The notes under the pieces are model-generated. The model saw only the letters and a list, made by a program, of their open reading frames with translations, was not told the origin of the DNA and did not search any database. From the IMG/VR virus record IMGVR_UViG_3300007508_000433, positions 1-61,933 of that record: a stretch of DNA of 61,933 nucleotides, one strand, 5' to 3'. The translations under genes and the position numbers were made by a program. Position 1 is the first letter of the stretch; every line of letters starts with the position of its first letter. Origin of the DNA: a virus. Lineage: Duplodnaviria; Caudoviricetes. Shown one piece after another: positions 29,771 through 40,217 of this stretch.

Positions 29771-29793
29771 TATTCCGCTGGGAAGGAGACATC

Positions 29794-30384
29794 GTGCTTC
29801 TGTGTTTGGACATTGATGGTGTTGTTGCAGACATCACTTATGAGTTGGACTTTATTGCTTTGCGTGACGGCCACGATCAGTACGACTTTAGTAAGTCGTT
29901 TGACAGTAAGCATTGGCGTGATGTCGAGTGGGTGTACGATGCGATGCAGGACGAAGTGTTTTGGCGCAATCTGAGACCTTATGAGGATGCTTGGCATTTT
30001 GTTAATGAGCATTTCATGTCTGGTGTTGATGTTGTGTTTGTAACTAGTCGCAACCCTAAATGGCGTGAGGTCACAGAGAAGTGGTTGGACGAGTGGGACA
30101 TTGCGTATCATGAAGTCTTGTTTACAGATGCTGGCAGAAAGTCTGAGTTGATGAAGACGCTTCAGGGCGAGGTTCCTTGGGGCGAGGCAGCGCTGCTGAT
30201 TGAAGACAATCCTTTAGAGGTGGAGGCTGTTAATGACGCCAATATGCTCGGTGTGTTGATGAATCGTGACTATAATGTAGATTTTGAATTAAGCGATCCT
30301 TGGTGGTCCAGCGATCATGACGATATTCGTGTAGACTCTTTTGGTGATGTTGAGAAGCTGATAGATAAACTAGGTTTGGAGTAG
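29794..30384 (+). CDS. HAD-family 5'(3')-nucleotidase (NT5C-like)
   Basis: DIDGVVAD, VTSR, K, IEDN motifs. Confidence 0.8.
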   Translation: MLLCLDIDGVVADITYELDFIALRDGHDQYDFSKSFDSKHWRDVEWVYDAMQDEVFWRNLRPYEDAWHFVNEHFMSGVDVVFVTSRNPKWREVTEKWLDEWDIAYHEVLFTDAGRKSELMKTLQGEVPWGEAALLIEDNPLEVEAVNDANMLGVLMNRDYNVDFELSDPWWSSDHDDIRVDSFGDVEKLIDKLGLE

Positions 30385-30387
30385 AGG

Positions 30388-30876
30388 GTGAGTATTAACG
30401 TGAGTGATAATGATAGGCCAGATTGGGATTCATACTTTTTTAGGATGGCTACGCTGGTTGCTACACGGGCAACATGTCCGTCTAGATCAGTTGGGTGCAT
30501 AATCGTAAACCCTGAGACTAACCATGTATTGGCTACGGGGTATAATGGAGCCCCGAGGGGGACTGGACATTGCGGTGAGAGTTGTTCTAACCGCAGGTCT
30601 GGCGACAGCTTTGAGAGATGCAGGGCTGTGCATGCTGAACTTAATGCGATTTTGCATGCAGCGAAGAGTGGCGTGAGTACGAATGGGTGTCGTATGTATT
30701 TAACTACTACGCCGTGTGTGTTCTGCTCTAGAACGATTATCAATGCCGGTGTCAAGGAAGTTTACGCCATGAGCAAGTATGCTCATGAAGATGCTATCGA
30801 GTTGTTGCAAGAGGGCGGGGTTGAGGTTAGAGTGATTTCACCCGTTGAGCTTACAGACCTTGTGCGCTTCTCATGA
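30388..30876 (+). CDS. dCMP deaminase
   Basis: RPDWD.YF, TGYNG.P, HAELNA, PCVFC. Confidence 0.92.
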   Translation: MSINVSDNDRPDWDSYFFRMATLVATRATCPSRSVGCIIVNPETNHVLATGYNGAPRGTGHCGESCSNRRSGDSFERCRAVHAELNAILHAAKSGVSTNGCRMYLTTTPCVFCSRTIINAGVKEVYAMSKYAHEDAIELLQEGGVEVRVISPVELTDLVRFS

Positions 30877-33800
30877 CAGATTTTGTTCATCTACATGTGC
30901 ATAGCGAATATTCTCTGCTGGACGGCATGTCTACTCCAGAGGAGATGGCAGCGGCGGCATCAACGCATGGTCAAACTTCTCTAGCTATTACGGATCATGG
31001 CAGCATGGCGGGGGTCCTTAAGTTTCAGGACGCTTGTTCTAAGCAGAACATAAAGCCTATATTCGGGATCGAGGCTTACTTTACTCCTGACATGGCAGAC
31101 GATACTGTGGATGCCAAGACTGAGCGATTTCATCTTATCCTTCTTGCCAAAAATAATGAGGGGCTGTCGAATCTGTTCAGGTTGAACAATGAAGCGTGGA
31201 TGAATGGATTCTACTATAAGCCTCGCATGGACTTCCCAATGCTGGAGCAGATGGTTAATAATGACATTATAGCTCTATCGGGCTGCAGGGGTAGCTCTAT
31301 TGCTAAGGCTATTGAGTCTGGTGACTGGAGCAGGGCTGAGCGCCTGTCTGAGAAGTTTATTGACATCTTTGGCGATGACTTCTATTTCGAGATTCAGTCT
31401 TGGAACCCCCCGGAAATCAATAACGGTCTTATAATGCTTGCAGACTCTTACGAGAAAAAGATAGTTCCTACGCTGGATTGCCACTATCCAAGCCATGACG
31501 ATGCGGGCGTAGAAGAGGTTTTACTGTCGGTAGCTCAGTTCCCATCTATGAAGGCTGCCGATAAACGCTACGCTGTGGAGCATAGTGGATGTGCCCAGAA
31601 GCATGGCATGGATATAGTTAGCAAGATTAACACTATGTATCCAGATAGGAGGCTGCGCTTCGATGATATCCAGCCTTACATCATGGGTGCTTCTGAGGTT
31701 AGGGATTTGTTCCTTGACAAGGGTCTTGGCGACCATCTAGAAAACACTCTAGAAGTCGCTGACAAGTGTAATGCAGAGATGGTCAAGAAGCGTTACTTGC
31801 TGCCGAAGTATGATGACAAGTTTGACTCTGCATGGTATTTGCGTGAGATTGCCAATATGGCTATGTCTAGCAAGGGGCATGCGGATGACGCTGTGTACGT
31901 GGACCGGCTGGACGAGGAGATGGAGGCCATTAAGAAAACTGGATTTGCTGATTACTTCTTGGTTATTTGGGATCTTGTCAATTGGGCTAGGAATAATGAT
32001 ATAGGCGTAGGCCCTGGCCGTGGTTCTGTGGGCGGCTCTCTGCTGGCTTACTTGATGGACATAACTATTGTTGATCCCTTAAAGTACGATCTGTTGTTTG
32101 CTAGGTTTATCAATATAGATCGCAATGACTATCCTGATATTGATCTTGATTTTGAGGACAAGAGGAGGGGTGAGGTAAAAGAGTACCTGAAGGAGCGTTG
32201 GGGGGAGGAGAACGTGGCTTCAATCTCTGCGTTTGGTGTGTTTAAGGCCAAGTCTGCAGTCAAAGATGTGGCTAGAGTCTTTGGGGTGGAGTTCAGAGAG
32301 ATTAATGGCATCACACAGTTGTTTGATTCTTTAGATGATATGGGGCGTAACGCCAAGGTGCGTGAGTTTTGTGATAAGTATGTAGATGTCAAGCCTGTGG
32401 CTGAGAGGCTTGAGGGGCGTATTCGCACTGCTGGGATGCATGCAGCGGGTGTGGTGGTGTCTTCTAAGCCTTTGTGGGAGGTTTGCCCGGTGGAGTCACG
32501 CAAGGATCCCTCAGGTGACGGCAGGACAGTTGTGACGGCTTTTGACATGGATGATGCTGAGTCTGTTGGTCTTATTAAGATTGATATTCTTGGCTTGAAG
32601 ACCGTCTCTGTGGTTAAAGATTGTCTACGTCAGGTTGTGGAGCGTCGTGGTGTTGATGTTGAGTCTGAGTCTCTAGGGTTGGACGACCCTGCTGTGTTTG
32701 AGCAGTTTAATGCCGCTGAGACCACGGGGGTGTTTCAGGCCGATGCTGGTGCGTACCGTAGTCTGTTGGAGCGCATGCCTTGTGAGAGTTTCACGGATCT
32801 GGTTATCTCTAATGCCCTAGTGCGGCCCGGCGCTTTGCTGACTCAGGGGGATAAGTTCGTCAAGCGCCGTTCAGGGCAGCGCAGGGTGAAGTATCAGCAT
32901 CCCTTGCTGAAGCCCATCTTGGAGGAAACGTATGGTACTTTTATTTTTCAGGAGCAGTTAATGCACGCTGTGGTGGCTTTGGCGGGCTTTAGTTGGTCAG
33001 ATGCAGACAGGTTGCGCAAGATAATCGGTAAAAAGCGCGATGTACATGAGTTTGAGAAGTATCGTAGGCAGTTTGTCGATAACAATGTCATGGATGCAGA
33101 GGCTTCTGAAAAGATGTGGGATGATTTTGAAGTCTCTGCATTGTATATGTTTAATAAGTCTCATGCTGTGGCGTATTCGATGCTTTCATATCAGACTATG
33201 TGGTTGAAGATTCATTACCCTCTGGAGTTCTGTTGGGCGCTGCTGACTAATGAAAGCAGCAGAGAGAAGGTTACTGCCTATCTGCTTGAGGCGAAGCGTC
33301 TTGGTGTGGAAATTAAACCGCCAGATGTAAATCACTCTGATGAGTTCTTTTCTGTGGATTACGTTGGTGAGGGGTCGATCAGGTTTGGCCTCTCTAACAT
33401 TGATGGTGTTGGTCAAACGGCTATTAAGGAGATTATTCAGAAGCGTCCTTTTGCGTCTTATGATGAGCTTGTTGGAAGGTGCGCTAAGCGCTATTTGAAG
33501 AGCAATATCCTTGAGAGCCTGGACAAGGTTGGTTCTTTGGAGTCTTTGGGCCACGTGTCTGAGTATGACCATGATAAATACTACATGCCTTTGCTTGGAT
33601 TTCCGATTTCTCAAGAGATTCACGATGTCCATGAGGACTTGTTGGCACCGGCTTCTTATGTTCACGAGGATGAGACATCCATGTCTTTTGTTAAGGCAGT
33701 GGTGAGATCGGTGAAGCGATCTCCGACTTATATGAGGATTGAGTTTGAAGATCCCACTGGCTCCTTCACTGTGTTTAGCAATCTTGATACTGACCTTAAA

Positions 33801-34253
33801 AAGCGTGACTATGTGTATGCGCTGATTGGTGACCGCACGCTGCAATGTTTCAATGATGTAGAGGATGAGGGGGGCGAGGCTGTTAAGCTGATGCAGTTGA
33901 TAAGGTCTGAGCGTGATCATGATCATGCGTGGTTGTATGGCCATGGACTCGGCTCTATGGACGATTCTAAGGCTTTGGTGTACGTCGTCAATGTACGCCA
34001 GTTCAAGACCTCCAAGGGGAAGCAGATGGCGAGTGTGTATGTGTGGGACGGGATGCAATTTGCCAAGATCGTAATTTTCCCTCATATGTACGGGCGCTAC
34101 GCTCAAAAACTTGGTAGAATAGAGGGAACGTGGGTGGCTGTCAAGCCCACCCCGATATCTAACGATGATCCGGGATTTAAAGTTGACGGCACAGACGATA
34201 TTATTGATATTGATGATTTTTGTAGGAGGATGAAAATTAATGTTAGTAGTTGA
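30873..34253 (+). CDS. dnaE: DNA polymerase III alpha subunit (DnaE-like)
   Basis: PHP domain HLHVHSEYSLLDG, TDHG; GRGS; PDIDLD; KIDILG; FNKSHA; no intein seen. Confidence 0.96.
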   Translation: MTDFVHLHVHSEYSLLDGMSTPEEMAAAASTHGQTSLAITDHGSMAGVLKFQDACSKQNIKPIFGIEAYFTPDMADDTVDAKTERFHLILLAKNNEGLSNLFRLNNEAWMNGFYYKPRMDFPMLEQMVNNDIIALSGCRGSSIAKAIESGDWSRAERLSEKFIDIFGDDFYFEIQSWNPPEINNGLIMLADSYEKKIVPTLDCHYPSHDDAGVEEVLLSVAQFPSMKAADKRYAVEHSGCAQKHGMDIVSKINTMYPDRRLRFDDIQPYIMGASEVRDLFLDKGLGDHLENTLEVADKCNAEMVKKRYLLPKYDDKFDSAWYLREIANMAMSSKGHADDAVYVDRLDEEMEAIKKTGFADYFLVIWDLVNWARNNDIGVGPGRGSVGGSLLAYLMDITIVDPLKYDLLFARFINIDRNDYPDIDLDFEDKRRGEVKEYLKERWGEENVASISAFGVFKAKSAVKDVARVFGVEFREINGITQLFDSLDDMGRNAKVREFCDKYVDVKPVAERLEGRIRTAGMHAAGVVVSSKPLWEVCPVESRKDPSGDGRTVVTAFDMDDAESVGLIKIDILGLKTVSVVKDCLRQVVERRGVDVESESLGLDDPAVFEQFNAAETTGVFQADAGAYRSLLERMPCESFTDLVISNALVRPGALLTQGDKFVKRRSGQRRVKYQHPLLKPILEETYGTFIFQEQLMHAVVALAGFSWSDADRLRKIIGKKRDVHEFEKYRRQFVDNNVMDAEASEKMWDDFEVSALYMFNKSHAVAYSMLSYQTMWLKIHYPLEFCWALLTNESSREKVTAYLLEAKRLGVEIKPPDVNHSDEFFSVDYVGEGSIRFGLSNIDGVGQTAIKEIIQKRPFASYDELVGRCAKRYLKSNILESLDKVGSLESLGHVSEYDHDKYYMPLLGFPISQEIHDVHEDLLAPASYVHEDETSMSFVKAVVRSVKRSPTYMRIEFEDPTGSFTVFSNLDTDLKKRDYVYALIGDRTLQCFNDVEDEGGEAVKLMQLIRSERDHDHAWLYGHGLGSMDDSKALVYVVNVRQFKTSKGKQMASVYVWDGMQFAKIVIFPHMYGRYAQKLGRIEGTWVAVKPTPISNDDPGFKVDGTDDIIDIDDFCRRMKINVSS

Positions 34254-35157
34254 TAAACGTAGCGGCGACAAAATGCCGGAGTATGAGATTATACCTACGC
34301 CTTCAATTGGTCTGAATAGGGCTTTGGGCGGAGGCTTGTATACAGGGATGACACATTTGCTGTGGGGGACACCTTCAGCGGGTAAGACGACTTTGTGTTA
34401 TCACATTTTAGCGCAGGCTCAGAGGATGGGGTATAGACCTGTCGTTATTGATTCTGAGTTTTCGTATAAGGAGGAGTATGCCGAGCAGTGCGGGGTGGAT
34501 ATCAGTGACCCCATTATAGTTCAGGGCACTGTGGTGGAGGACATATTGAAGGCCATCATGCCTATGTTGGAGAGTACAGATGAGAAGCACATCTTTCTTG
34601 TTGATTCTCTTTCTAATTTAATGAAAGATGAGTTTTATGGGAAGCCAGATGGCGGTAAGGCTATGGGTTTGGCCGCTCGTTCTCAGGGGTACTTCATACA
34701 GAAGTTGGTGAACTATCTTAATAAGGAACGCAACATCATGTTGTTTATTTCTCACCAGATGGTGGATCTGAGTGGCATGTATGCGGTGTTGCGTGGTAAG
34801 TATGGCAATACTGTTCACCACAATATGCATAACATAGTTAGGCTGTTCTTGTCGATGTCTCAAAGCGAGATGGAGCGGGATAATGCAAAGATGATCACTT
34901 CTCAGAAGGTGGCTTGGTCTATTGATAAGACGAAGCAGCGGGCGAGTATAGGCACTACAGGTCAGTATTATATTCTACCTCAGCGTGGTGGTATTGATAC
35001 TATTCGCGAGTTGATTGATATAGCTGTTGAGATGGATGTCATTGAGAGGCGTGGAGCTTGGTTCTACTATGGCGATGATAAGTGGAATGGTGCAGGCAAT
35101 ATTAACCTTTCTGATGTGCAGCATTCCGAGATTGTAGAGAAAGTTCTTGTAGGATGA
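34240..35157 (+). CDS. recA: RecA-like recombinase
   Basis: TPSIGLNRALGGG; GTPSAGKT; LVDS; GAWF. Confidence 0.9.
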   Translation: MLVVDKRSGDKMPEYEIIPTPSIGLNRALGGGLYTGMTHLLWGTPSAGKTTLCYHILAQAQRMGYRPVVIDSEFSYKEEYAEQCGVDISDPIIVQGTVVEDILKAIMPMLESTDEKHIFLVDSLSNLMKDEFYGKPDGGKAMGLAARSQGYFIQKLVNYLNKERNIMLFISHQMVDLSGMYAVLRGKYGNTVHHNMHNIVRLFLSMSQSEMERDNAKMITSQKVAWSIDKTKQRASIGTTGQYYILPQRGGIDTIRELIDIAVEMDVIERRGAWFYYGDDKWNGAGNINLSDVQHSEIVEKVLVG

Positions 35158-35453
35158 AGCGCACTGAGAGGCAGGAGATTAAGAAAGATGGCGCTAAGGC
35201 TGTCAAGAATTCTGGTCGTGGTCTAAAGAAGGGCGACGCTCAGTTGTTCAATTTTCTAGTAGACTATAAGCATTGCGGTAAGTCGTTTACTCTTTCTTTA
35301 AAAAATTGGCAGAAGCATGCGAAGGATTCTTGGAACGATAATTATCGCCACCCTTGTTTGAGCGTGGTTCTTGGTGAGGATAGTGAGCGTAAGCTTGCGG
35401 TGATAGAGTGGTCCGTGTTTAAAGAACTAGTGGAAGGAAGCGACTATGAGTAG
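35154..35453 (+). CDS. PD-(D/E)XK Holliday junction resolvase-like nuclease
   Basis: NSGRG.KKGDA..VDYK motif. Confidence 0.6.
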   Translation: MKRTERQEIKKDGAKAVKNSGRGLKKGDAQLFNFLVDYKHCGKSFTLSLKNWQKHAKDSWNDNYRHPCLSVVLGEDSERKLAVIEWSVFKELVEGSDYE

Positions 35454-35766
35454 AGACATCATCGTGTCTGTTGAGAGCCTACAGACGGCTATGGGCGATA
35501 AGGCTGAGGAGTTTATCGCTGTGATGAGGATTGTGGAGGATATTATTGCTAATCCTAATCATTATCACGGCATTCAGGCTGCTAAAACTGCGGCTACTTT
35601 GGCGGCGTATAGAACAAAGGTAATTATTATGGCTCAAGCTTATAAAAGAAATTCCACAATTATGTCCAATAATGACAAGATTTCTAAAGACATATGGTAT
35701 ACTCTACATGAAGCACTTGAGGAGAATATTAATACCCTCAAGCTTCTGGCTAGGAGTAGTTCGTGA
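35446..35766 (+). CDS. Hypothetical protein
   Basis: Coupled ORF. Confidence 0.6.
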   Translation: MSRDIIVSVESLQTAMGDKAEEFIAVMRIVEDIIANPNHYHGIQAAKTAATLAAYRTKVIIMAQAYKRNSTIMSNNDKISKDIWYTLHEALEENINTLKLLARSSS

Positions 35767-36494
35767 AGTCCCTTAATATGCTCAAGAGTGTGGAAGAGCC
35801 TGTTGGGGAGGTAGCGGTTTCTCTTGAGGAGGGTTTTTCAAAGGCAGTAGATGAGCATCTCAGGGTCAAGAATGAACGTGACTTTAAACGAGTGGATGGG
35901 TTTCATCCAAGTTATACAAATCAGTGTTCTCGATATTGGGTGTATTTGTTTCGTGGTGTACCTGTAGTTCCCACGTTTACTGGTCACACTTATCGTATAT
36001 TTGATAATGGTCATGCTGTGCATGATCGTTTGTATGGGTATTTTAGAGATATGGGTATTCTTGTTGCTGAGGAGATTTCTGTCCAGCATGATGATCCCCC
36101 GATTGTTGGCACCGCTGATGGTGTTATGAATTGGGAGGGTGAGAAGCTAATAGAGCTGAAGTCTATTTCGCAGGAGGGCTTTCATTATAGGCAGGTGCAT
36201 AATAAGCCTAAGGATGATCATTATCGTCAGGCTCAGGTCTATATGAGATGTTTGGGGTTTAATGAGGGTTTGGTCATCTATGAGAACAAGAATAACCAGA
36301 GATTGCTGCCTTTGTTGATTCAGCGGGATGATAAGTTTGTTGATAGGGTTTTCAAGAAGTGGCGTAAGTGGCATCAAGCTTTCTTGGATGATGTGTTGCC
36401 TGTGAGACCTTACAAGATTACTTCTCCAAAATGCCAGAATTGCGATGTTAAATCTTTTTGTTGGAGTGACGATGACGAAGGAGTCAAACTGTAA
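35763..36494 (+). CDS. Cas4-family exonuclease
   Basis: CSRY; G..VH; GTADG; ELKS; QAQVY; CQNC...C. Confidence 0.85.
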   Translation: MKSLNMLKSVEEPVGEVAVSLEEGFSKAVDEHLRVKNERDFKRVDGFHPSYTNQCSRYWVYLFRGVPVVPTFTGHTYRIFDNGHAVHDRLYGYFRDMGILVAEEISVQHDDPPIVGTADGVMNWEGEKLIELKSISQEGFHYRQVHNKPKDDHYRQAQVYMRCLGFNEGLVIYENKNNQRLLPLLIQRDDKFVDRVFKKWRKWHQAFLDDVLPVRPYKITSPKCQNCDVKSFCWSDDDEGVKL

Positions 36495-36786
36495 GTCTTG
36501 TGCCAACCCGGATTGTGGTAAGTCGTTTGTACCTAAGGTGTATAATGCTATTTATTGCGGTGCCGAGTGTCGTAAGGTTATTACAAACAAAAAAGTACTG
36601 CAGAGGTACTATGAAAAGAAGGAAAGACGTAATTCACGCAGGGTGTGTCTCACCAAGAAGTGTGGCACTGTCTTGTCTCGATACAATGAGGAAGATATTT
36701 GTGAACAATGCAAGCGTGAGCGCTTTATTCAGAGGCTGGTCGGCTGGGGCTGGAGTGAGTACAAACTGCGTCGTGAGTGTGAATGA
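36472..36786 (+). CDS. Cys-rich Zn-finger protein
   Basis: CANPDC..F.P..YC..C and C..C..LSRYN..CEQC. Confidence 0.65.
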   Translation: MTKESNCKSCANPDCGKSFVPKVYNAIYCGAECRKVITNKKVLQRYYEKKERRNSRRVCLTKKCGTVLSRYNEEDICEQCKRERFIQRLVGWGWSEYKLRRECE

Positions 36787-37385
36787 GAGCGCTGGCTGCT
36801 TTGAAGAGTGTTAAAATTCTTGGGATAGATCCTTCTACTCGTTCGTTGGCTTGGGCGGTGTGTACGCTTGACGGCTCTGGTGATGTGATCCTTGGTGAGA
36901 CTGGCAAGATTGATTTGCCTCACAAGCAGGGCATGGAGTTGAAGGTCAATGCGGTGGTTGATAACCTGCCGGGTGTGATTGAGTCCATTAAGCCAGATTT
37001 TGTATATATCGAACAGACTGTCTATATACAGAACTATCAGACAAGTCGCGATCTGTCTTATGTGGTTGGCGCTTCTATGGCAACCTCAGCGCTTAGCGGT
37101 GTGCATGTTCGTGAGGCTAGTCCTCTGGTGTGGAAGGTCGGCATTGGATACAAGAAGGTTATGAAGGCAGATATCGCCAAGTGGGCTGCTGAGACTTCAG
37201 AGAAGGAGGCGAAGAAGCGGGCAATGCATGAGCGCAAGCACCGTGTCAGGGAAATTCTATCGGACCAGTTTTCCGGCGACCTTTTGGATGATGAGAGGTA
37301 TGACCACGATGTCATTGACGCTATCGGTATCGCATTGTGGGGCTGCCAGAAACAGGATGAGCGAAATCGCGATGGGATTGAGTAA
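36783..37385 (+). CDS. ruvC: RuvC-like Holliday junction resolvase
   Basis: ILGIDPS; YIEQ; WK; DVIDAIGIA. Confidence 0.85.
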   Translation: MRALAALKSVKILGIDPSTRSLAWAVCTLDGSGDVILGETGKIDLPHKQGMELKVNAVVDNLPGVIESIKPDFVYIEQTVYIQNYQTSRDLSYVVGASMATSALSGVHVREASPLVWKVGIGYKKVMKADIAKWAAETSEKEAKKRAMHERKHRVREILSDQFSGDLLDDERYDHDVIDAIGIALWGCQKQDERNRDGIE

Positions 37386-37427
37386 TTCGCCAATGATCGT
37401 GGTAGACTCCCATAGGAGGATTTTCTG

Positions 37428-37727
37428 ATGGCTAGCATGGTTCCATATAAGGATAAGCAGTGGCTTTATGAGCATTATGTCAAAAAGCGCATGAAGCTGA
37501 CTGACATCTGTAAGTTGTTGAAGCAGTCACACAATATTGATGTGACACCTCAGGCCCTGTACAACTGGGCTAAGAAGTATGATCTGTTAAGGTTTAGGGG
37601 CAAGGGGCGCACATTGAAGGGCGTGTCTCAGAGGAGGCCGAAGAGTCCGATGCAGGATCGGGTGGAGAAGATGAAGAGGGTGCGTGCAAAAGAGATGAGA
37701 GCACGCAAGAAGGGCAGAAAGAGATGA
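37428..37727 (+). CDS. HTH DNA-binding protein
   Basis: YKDKQWLYEHYV..LTDICK..QALYNWAKK; basic tail. Confidence 0.65.
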   Translation: MASMVPYKDKQWLYEHYVKKRMKLTDICKLLKQSHNIDVTPQALYNWAKKYDLLRFRGKGRTLKGVSQRRPKSPMQDRVEKMKRVRAKEMRARKKGRKR

Positions 37728-38509
37728 AGAGAAGGGAGATTCATTCTAAGGATCTTGGCACGTTTGTTAGTTTGGATATGGTGTATAACAAGGTCCGCAT
37801 CTTTCAGTCTCGCCATAATGAGACTGAGTTTGGTTGTGTGAATTCAGGCAAGTGCTGTAAGGTGGGTTTGAAGATTCATATGACTGAGGCGGCGTATATC
37901 GCTTTCCGTATGCGTCAGGAGTATTATCTAATCATGGAGGATCGTGGTGAGGATGCTGCAACTGAGTGGATGAATGGCAAGATTGATCAACTGCTTGGTG
38001 CCATGTATGATTCTTCTTGGAATTGGGATGAGCAGACTGTTGATGGTTACTGTGCTTTTTGGGATGACGGGTGTACGATTTACGGTTATCGTCCTTTGGT
38101 CTGTCGTGCTTATGGCACTCTAACGGAGGTTGACGAGTTTTGTCCAAGGAAGCGGAATGACTATAATACGATTGAGCATTTTGCCGGTGAGGGTGTTGAG
38201 AGAGTCGTTCAGGAGTTCCAACTGCTTCTAAAGAAGTACGGCGAGGATAATGGGTCCAACATTGAGTATGATGCTGTGGTGTATATGCCTTTGGGGGTTT
38301 TGAGTTTCATTCTTGATGAGACAGAGCTTGAGGAGTTGTATCAGCAAACTAGCGAGAAGATGTGGGAGGGCTTTGAGGGCTGGTTCAACTATCAGTCTCG
38401 TTTTACTCGTCTGCATGGGCTGCATGAGGATTTTATTATGCAGGAGGCTAAGTTGCGTGGTGCGGTTGATAGTGATGGAAGCATACTAGAAAGGATTAGT
38501 GATGAGTAG
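37724..38509 (+). CDS. YkgJ-family (CxxCxxCC) cysteine-cluster protein
   Basis: CVNSGKCC; CAFWDDGCTIYGYRPLVCRAYG. Confidence 0.8.
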   Translation: MKRREIHSKDLGTFVSLDMVYNKVRIFQSRHNETEFGCVNSGKCCKVGLKIHMTEAAYIAFRMRQEYYLIMEDRGEDAATEWMNGKIDQLLGAMYDSSWNWDEQTVDGYCAFWDDGCTIYGYRPLVCRAYGTLTEVDEFCPRKRNDYNTIEHFAGEGVERVVQEFQLLLKKYGEDNGSNIEYDAVVYMPLGVLSFILDETELEELYQQTSEKMWEGFEGWFNYQSRFTRLHGLHEDFIMQEAKLRGAVDSDGSILERISDE

Positions 38510-38810
38510 ACATAACGGACACCCAATGTTTTTGAAGATCCTAAAGGATATGTCGGATCTTCATAAGAAGAAGGGTGCTGACTATGGTGTTGATGAGGAC
38601 ATATTTTTAAACATTAGGCAGTCTGCTGAGTGGGGCGTGCAGCCTTGGGTTGGCGCTATGGTTCGTGCTGGCGATAAGGTGGTGCGTTTGAAGTCTGCTG
38701 CTGCTGGTAATCATTTGGAGAATGAGTCTGTTGAGGATTCGTTCATGGATTTGGCTTGCTATGCTATTATAGGTTTGGTCCTATACAGGGAGGGCTTAAT
38801 CAATGATTGA
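38499..38810 (+). CDS. DUF1599 / nucleotide-modification-associated domain 1 protein
   Basis: KKGADYG; R..DK..RL; ESVEDSFMDLACYAII. Confidence 0.75.
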   Translation: MMSRHNGHPMFLKILKDMSDLHKKKGADYGVDEDIFLNIRQSAEWGVQPWVGAMVRAGDKVVRLKSAAAGNHLENESVEDSFMDLACYAIIGLVLYREGLIND

Positions 38811-38976
38811 TGATTGTCCACGTTGTAGCGATGAGGGTATCATTGTGTACCTTGAAGGAGCGGAGGAGGAGTCGTATAGGATAGTCGTTCCTTGGACTCT
38901 CATTGAGGAGACTATCTCCACGTTCGTCAGGGAGGCCGTAGAGGGCGCGAGTGAAGGTCCCTCCGATGAGTCGTGA
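38803..38976 (+). CDS. Small hypothetical protein (57 aa)
   Basis: MIDDCPRC...; overlaps both neighbours. Confidence 0.5.
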   Translation: MIDDCPRCSDEGIIVYLEGAEEESYRIVVPWTLIEETISTFVREAVEGASEGPSDES

Positions 38977-39976
38977 GTATCTTAGTTTTGATGATGTCTT
39001 AATTGAGCCTCAGCATTCTGCTGTGCGTAGCCGGAGTGATGTTAGCCTTAAGACAAAACTGTATGATGGGTTTGAGTTGGATCTCCCCATTATTGCTTCT
39101 AATATGGATACTGTGTGTGAGTTGGATATGGCGATTGCGATGTCTGAGCTTGGCGGCTTGGGTGTGATTCATCGCAACTTGATTCATGCCACGCGTATTC
39201 ATTGTATACGCCAGTTAACGAGCATGGGTTTGGCTTCTGCTGTGGCTATGGGTGTTAACGAATTGCGTCTTTCTCCTGTGAGGCGGTATATTGAGGAGGG
39301 TGTCCGGTACATTGTGTTGGATATTGCTCATGGAGATTCTGTTCATGCTTTAAAGGCTGTGGAACAATTGAGGAGCATGTCTGATAAGCACGGCGGGGCT
39401 GTTTGTATCATTGGTGGCAATGTGGCTACTCCTGATGCTGTTGGCCGTATGGCTGATGCTGGTGCTCATTGTGTCAAGGTGGGGATCGGCCCGGGCGCAG
39501 CATGCTTGACGAGGATTAACACAGGGGTGGGTATACCTCAGCTGTCTGCCATTCTTGAGTGTTCTCATGCCGCAGATTTGCATGGCGTGGGGTGTATTGC
39601 TGATGGTGGTATGAAGACTCCGGGTGATATTGCTAAGGCTTTGGCTGCTGGTGCCGATGCTGTAATGCTTGGTGGAATGTTGGCTGGCACGTTTGAGTCT
39701 CCGGGTGATGTTGTGGATATTGATGGCGAAAAGTTTAAAACTTACCGAGGAATGGCATCGAATGGTGCGGGATCCATGTATATTGAGGGTGCTGAGGGTT
39801 TTGTTAAGTATAGCGGCAAGGCTGGGGATGTAGTAAACGATATTTCTGACGGTTTGCGTAGCGCTTTTTCATATGTTGGGGCTAGTGACATGGCCGAGTA
39901 CCACTCAAAAGCCCTTTTTGTGCGCATTTCTACGGCATCTATCCTCGAAAACGGCGCTCACGGTACTATTACATGA
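38966..39976 (+). CDS. IMP dehydrogenase/GMP reductase family protein, CBS-less
   Basis: FDDVL; SNMDTV; GGLGVIHRN; DIAHG; [13 protein letters not shown]; IADGG; YRGMAS; GLRS..SYVG. Confidence 0.9.
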   Translation: MSREYLSFDDVLIEPQHSAVRSRSDVSLKTKLYDGFELDLPIIASNMDTVCELDMAIAMSELGGLGVIHRNLIHATRIHCIRQLTSMGLASAVAMGVNELRLSPVRRYIEEGVRYIVLDIAHGDSVHALKAVEQLRSMSDKHGGAVCIIGGNVATPDAVGRMADAGAHCVKVGIGPGAACLTRINTGVGIPQLSAILECSHAADLHGVGCIADGGMKTPGDIAKALAAGADAVMLGGMLAGTFESPGDVVDIDGEKFKTYRGMASNGAGSMYIEGAEGFVKYSGKAGDVVNDISDGLRSAFSYVGASDMAEYHSKALFVRISTASILENGAHGTIT

Positions 39977-40217
39977 TTGCGCTAAAACACCCCCTTTCTG
40001 AATTGCTCTCAGACCGCCGTAGAGCCCGTCTGAGGGCCTCTGGGGGCGTTTGTGTATAGTCCCCCACAAGCACCCTGTGAGGCCCGTAGAGAGGCTCCTA
40101 GGGGCCTTAGAGAGCAATCTAGAGAGGCTACCCCTGTCCCCGAGAAGGGTGGCGGTCTGGATGTGGAAAGAAAAAAATAAAAATATCCCCAAATGTAGCA
40201 TGATGGGGCGCTAAATG

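Noticed and set aside
30873-34253. Intein or intron in DnaE, helicase or terminase
   Set aside because: Lengths are normal and no splicing motifs or frame breaks were seen
33186-34271. 361-aa minus-strand ORF and the other antisense ORFs
   Set aside because: Shadows of well-supported + strand genes; no motifs or RBS
35763-36494. CRISPR-Cas system
   Set aside because: Solo Cas4-like nuclease within the recombination module; no other cas genes or array
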